A stretch of 64,000 nt of DNA from a virus. Below are positions 62,972-64,000 of this stretch, in pieces. Each line of letters begins with the position of its first letter. The first letter of the stretch is position 1. The stretch lies in UHGV virus genome UHGV-1493261; one strand, written 5' to 3'. Both the position numbers and the translations under genes were made by a program. The notes beneath the pieces are model-generated. The model was given only the letters and a program-made list of their open reading frames with translations. It searched no databases and was not told the origin of the DNA.

Positions 62972-62977
62972 TGGCCA

Positions 62978-64000
62978 ATGTTACTCGAATCTGTCGTGCT
63001 TTCACAGTTGATTTACAATGAAGATTACCAAAGAAAGATCCTGCCGTACCTGAAAGCCGATTATTTTGACAACGAAGGCGAAAAGGTCATCTTTGGTCTG
63101 ATTGACAGTTATACCTCAGAGTACAATGCCCGCCCGTCTGTCGAAGCACTATCTATAATTCTTGAACGGACAAAGCTGAACGAATATGTGTTTGACCAGG
63201 CGGTATCTGCCCTGGAGAACATCAACGACAACACCTTCAATGAAGAGTGGCTGGCGAAGGAAACCGAGGCTTGGGCGCGGCAAAAGGCCGTACACAACGC
63301 AATCAAGACCGCCGTCAACATCTACGGTGACGAGAAGCGCAAGGACGAGATGAACAACATCCCGACCATGTTGCAGGAAGCCCTGGCGATCCGGTTTGAT
63401 TCATACCTCGGTCACATCTATTGGGAGATGGCGGCAGAGCAGTATGACCACATGAACTCCAACGAGGCCAAGATCCCGTTCGCAGTTGAGATATTCAATA
63501 AGGCGACACGTGGTGGCGTTGGTAAGAAGACACTGAACATCGTAACAGGCGCGATCAACGCAGGTAAGACCACAACGCTGATTGACCTGACCGCAGGGTA
63601 CTCGGAGCAGGGGCTGAACGTCTTTGTCTTCACCCTTGAAGTGGCTGAGAACGTCTGGCGACACCGCCTTGATGCCCGTATCATGCGTCGCGACTTTGAG
63701 TCTTTAGAGAAACTCACAAGGCACGAGTATATTGCAACGATAGAGAAGCTCCGCAGTCGCCAAGATGGTGCGCCCAAGGGTGATATCGTCATCAAGGAAT
63801 ATCCTTCCGGTACTGGACACACAGGTTTATTCCGCCGCGATATCCTTGAGTACATCCAGGCAACTGGTCGTGCTCCCGATGTTATCGTTATTGACTATCT
63901 TGGCGAAGCTGCTTCCTCGCGCCTGCCTGCCCACCTGATGCAGAACACGAACGTCTATTACACGTCTGTGGCTCGTGAGTTTCGTGCGCTGGGATTTGAG
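62978..64000 (+). CDS. gp41: replicative DNA helicase (gp41-like, DnaB family), 3' truncated by window
   Basis: Open to window end (341 codons). GAINAGKTT Walker A, VIDYLG Walker B-like, overall layout matching T4 gp41. Not in the ORF track because no stop is reached. Confidence 0.85.
   Translation, partial: MLLESVVLSQLIYNEDYQRKILPYLKADYFDNEGEKVIFGLIDSYTSEYNARPSVEALSIILERTKLNEYVFDQAVSALENINDNTFNEEWLAKETEAWARQKAVHNAIKTAVNIYGDEKRKDEMNNIPTMLQEALAIRFDSYLGHIYWEMAAEQYDHMNSNEAKIPFAVEIFNKATRGGVGKKTLNIVTGAINAGKTTTLIDLTAGYSEQGLNVFVFTLEVAENVWRHRLDARIMRRDFESLEKLTRHEYIATIEKLRSRQDGAPKGDIVIKEYPSGTGHTGLFRRDILEYIQATGRAPDVIVIDYLGEAASSRLPAHLMQNTNVYYTSVAREFRALGFE

Noticed and set aside
1-64000. tRNA genes, rRNA, CRISPR arrays, integrase/attachment sites
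   Set aside because: Scanning the gene-free stretches (3912-4272, 13941-14090, 39043-39235, 49141-49652, 57126-57314) for T-arm-like GTTCGAATC motifs or cloverleaf-sized palindromes found none; no repeat-spacer arrays and no tyrosine or serine recombinase motifs were seen. This is by eye only and should be confirmed with tRNAscan-SE.

Overview
This window reads as a segment of a large T4-like myovirus genome (roughly 50% GC by eye), not a bacterial chromosome. About 85 protein genes are packed tightly, almost all on the + strand, with six structural/late genes on the - strand. Recognisable content, all judged by reading the ORF translations against remembered T4 and E. coli proteins (no searches run): recombination (UvsY, UvsW, UvsX, Mre11/Rad50-like gp47/gp46, RuvC-like resolvase), replisome (sliding clamp gp45, clamp loader gp44/gp62, RegA, primase gp61, gp32 SSB, 5' part of helicase gp41), RNase HI, a gp55-like late sigma factor, NrdA/NrdB/NrdC, PhoH, an endolysin, baseplate gp5-like and gp25-like proteins, and two tail-tube-like proteins. 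Gene order is rearranged relative to T4 and no DNA polymerase is in the window. Two low-GC HNH homing endonuclease genes are inserted between conserved genes. The most unusual content is (i) an accessory block at about 13.0-22.9 kb holding a RyR-domain protein, a large vWA protein followed by an acyl-carrier-protein-like protein whose attachment serine is replaced by glutamate, a ParB-like nuclease-domain protein, three exported/lipoproteins and an HU-like protein; (ii) a four-gene nucleotide module (P-loop NTPase, thymidylate-synthase-fold enzyme, dNMP kinase, gp56-like NTP pyrophosphatase) that suggests a modified pyrimidine in the DNA; and (iii) a strongly patterned regulatory architecture: exact TATAAATA late promoters at fixed spacing, a recurring GC-hairpin/ATTTGAAA/RBS cassette, and hairpins carrying TATAAT in the loop. 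No tRNA, rRNA, CRISPR array or integrase was seen. All functional calls are by-eye inference and need database confirmation.
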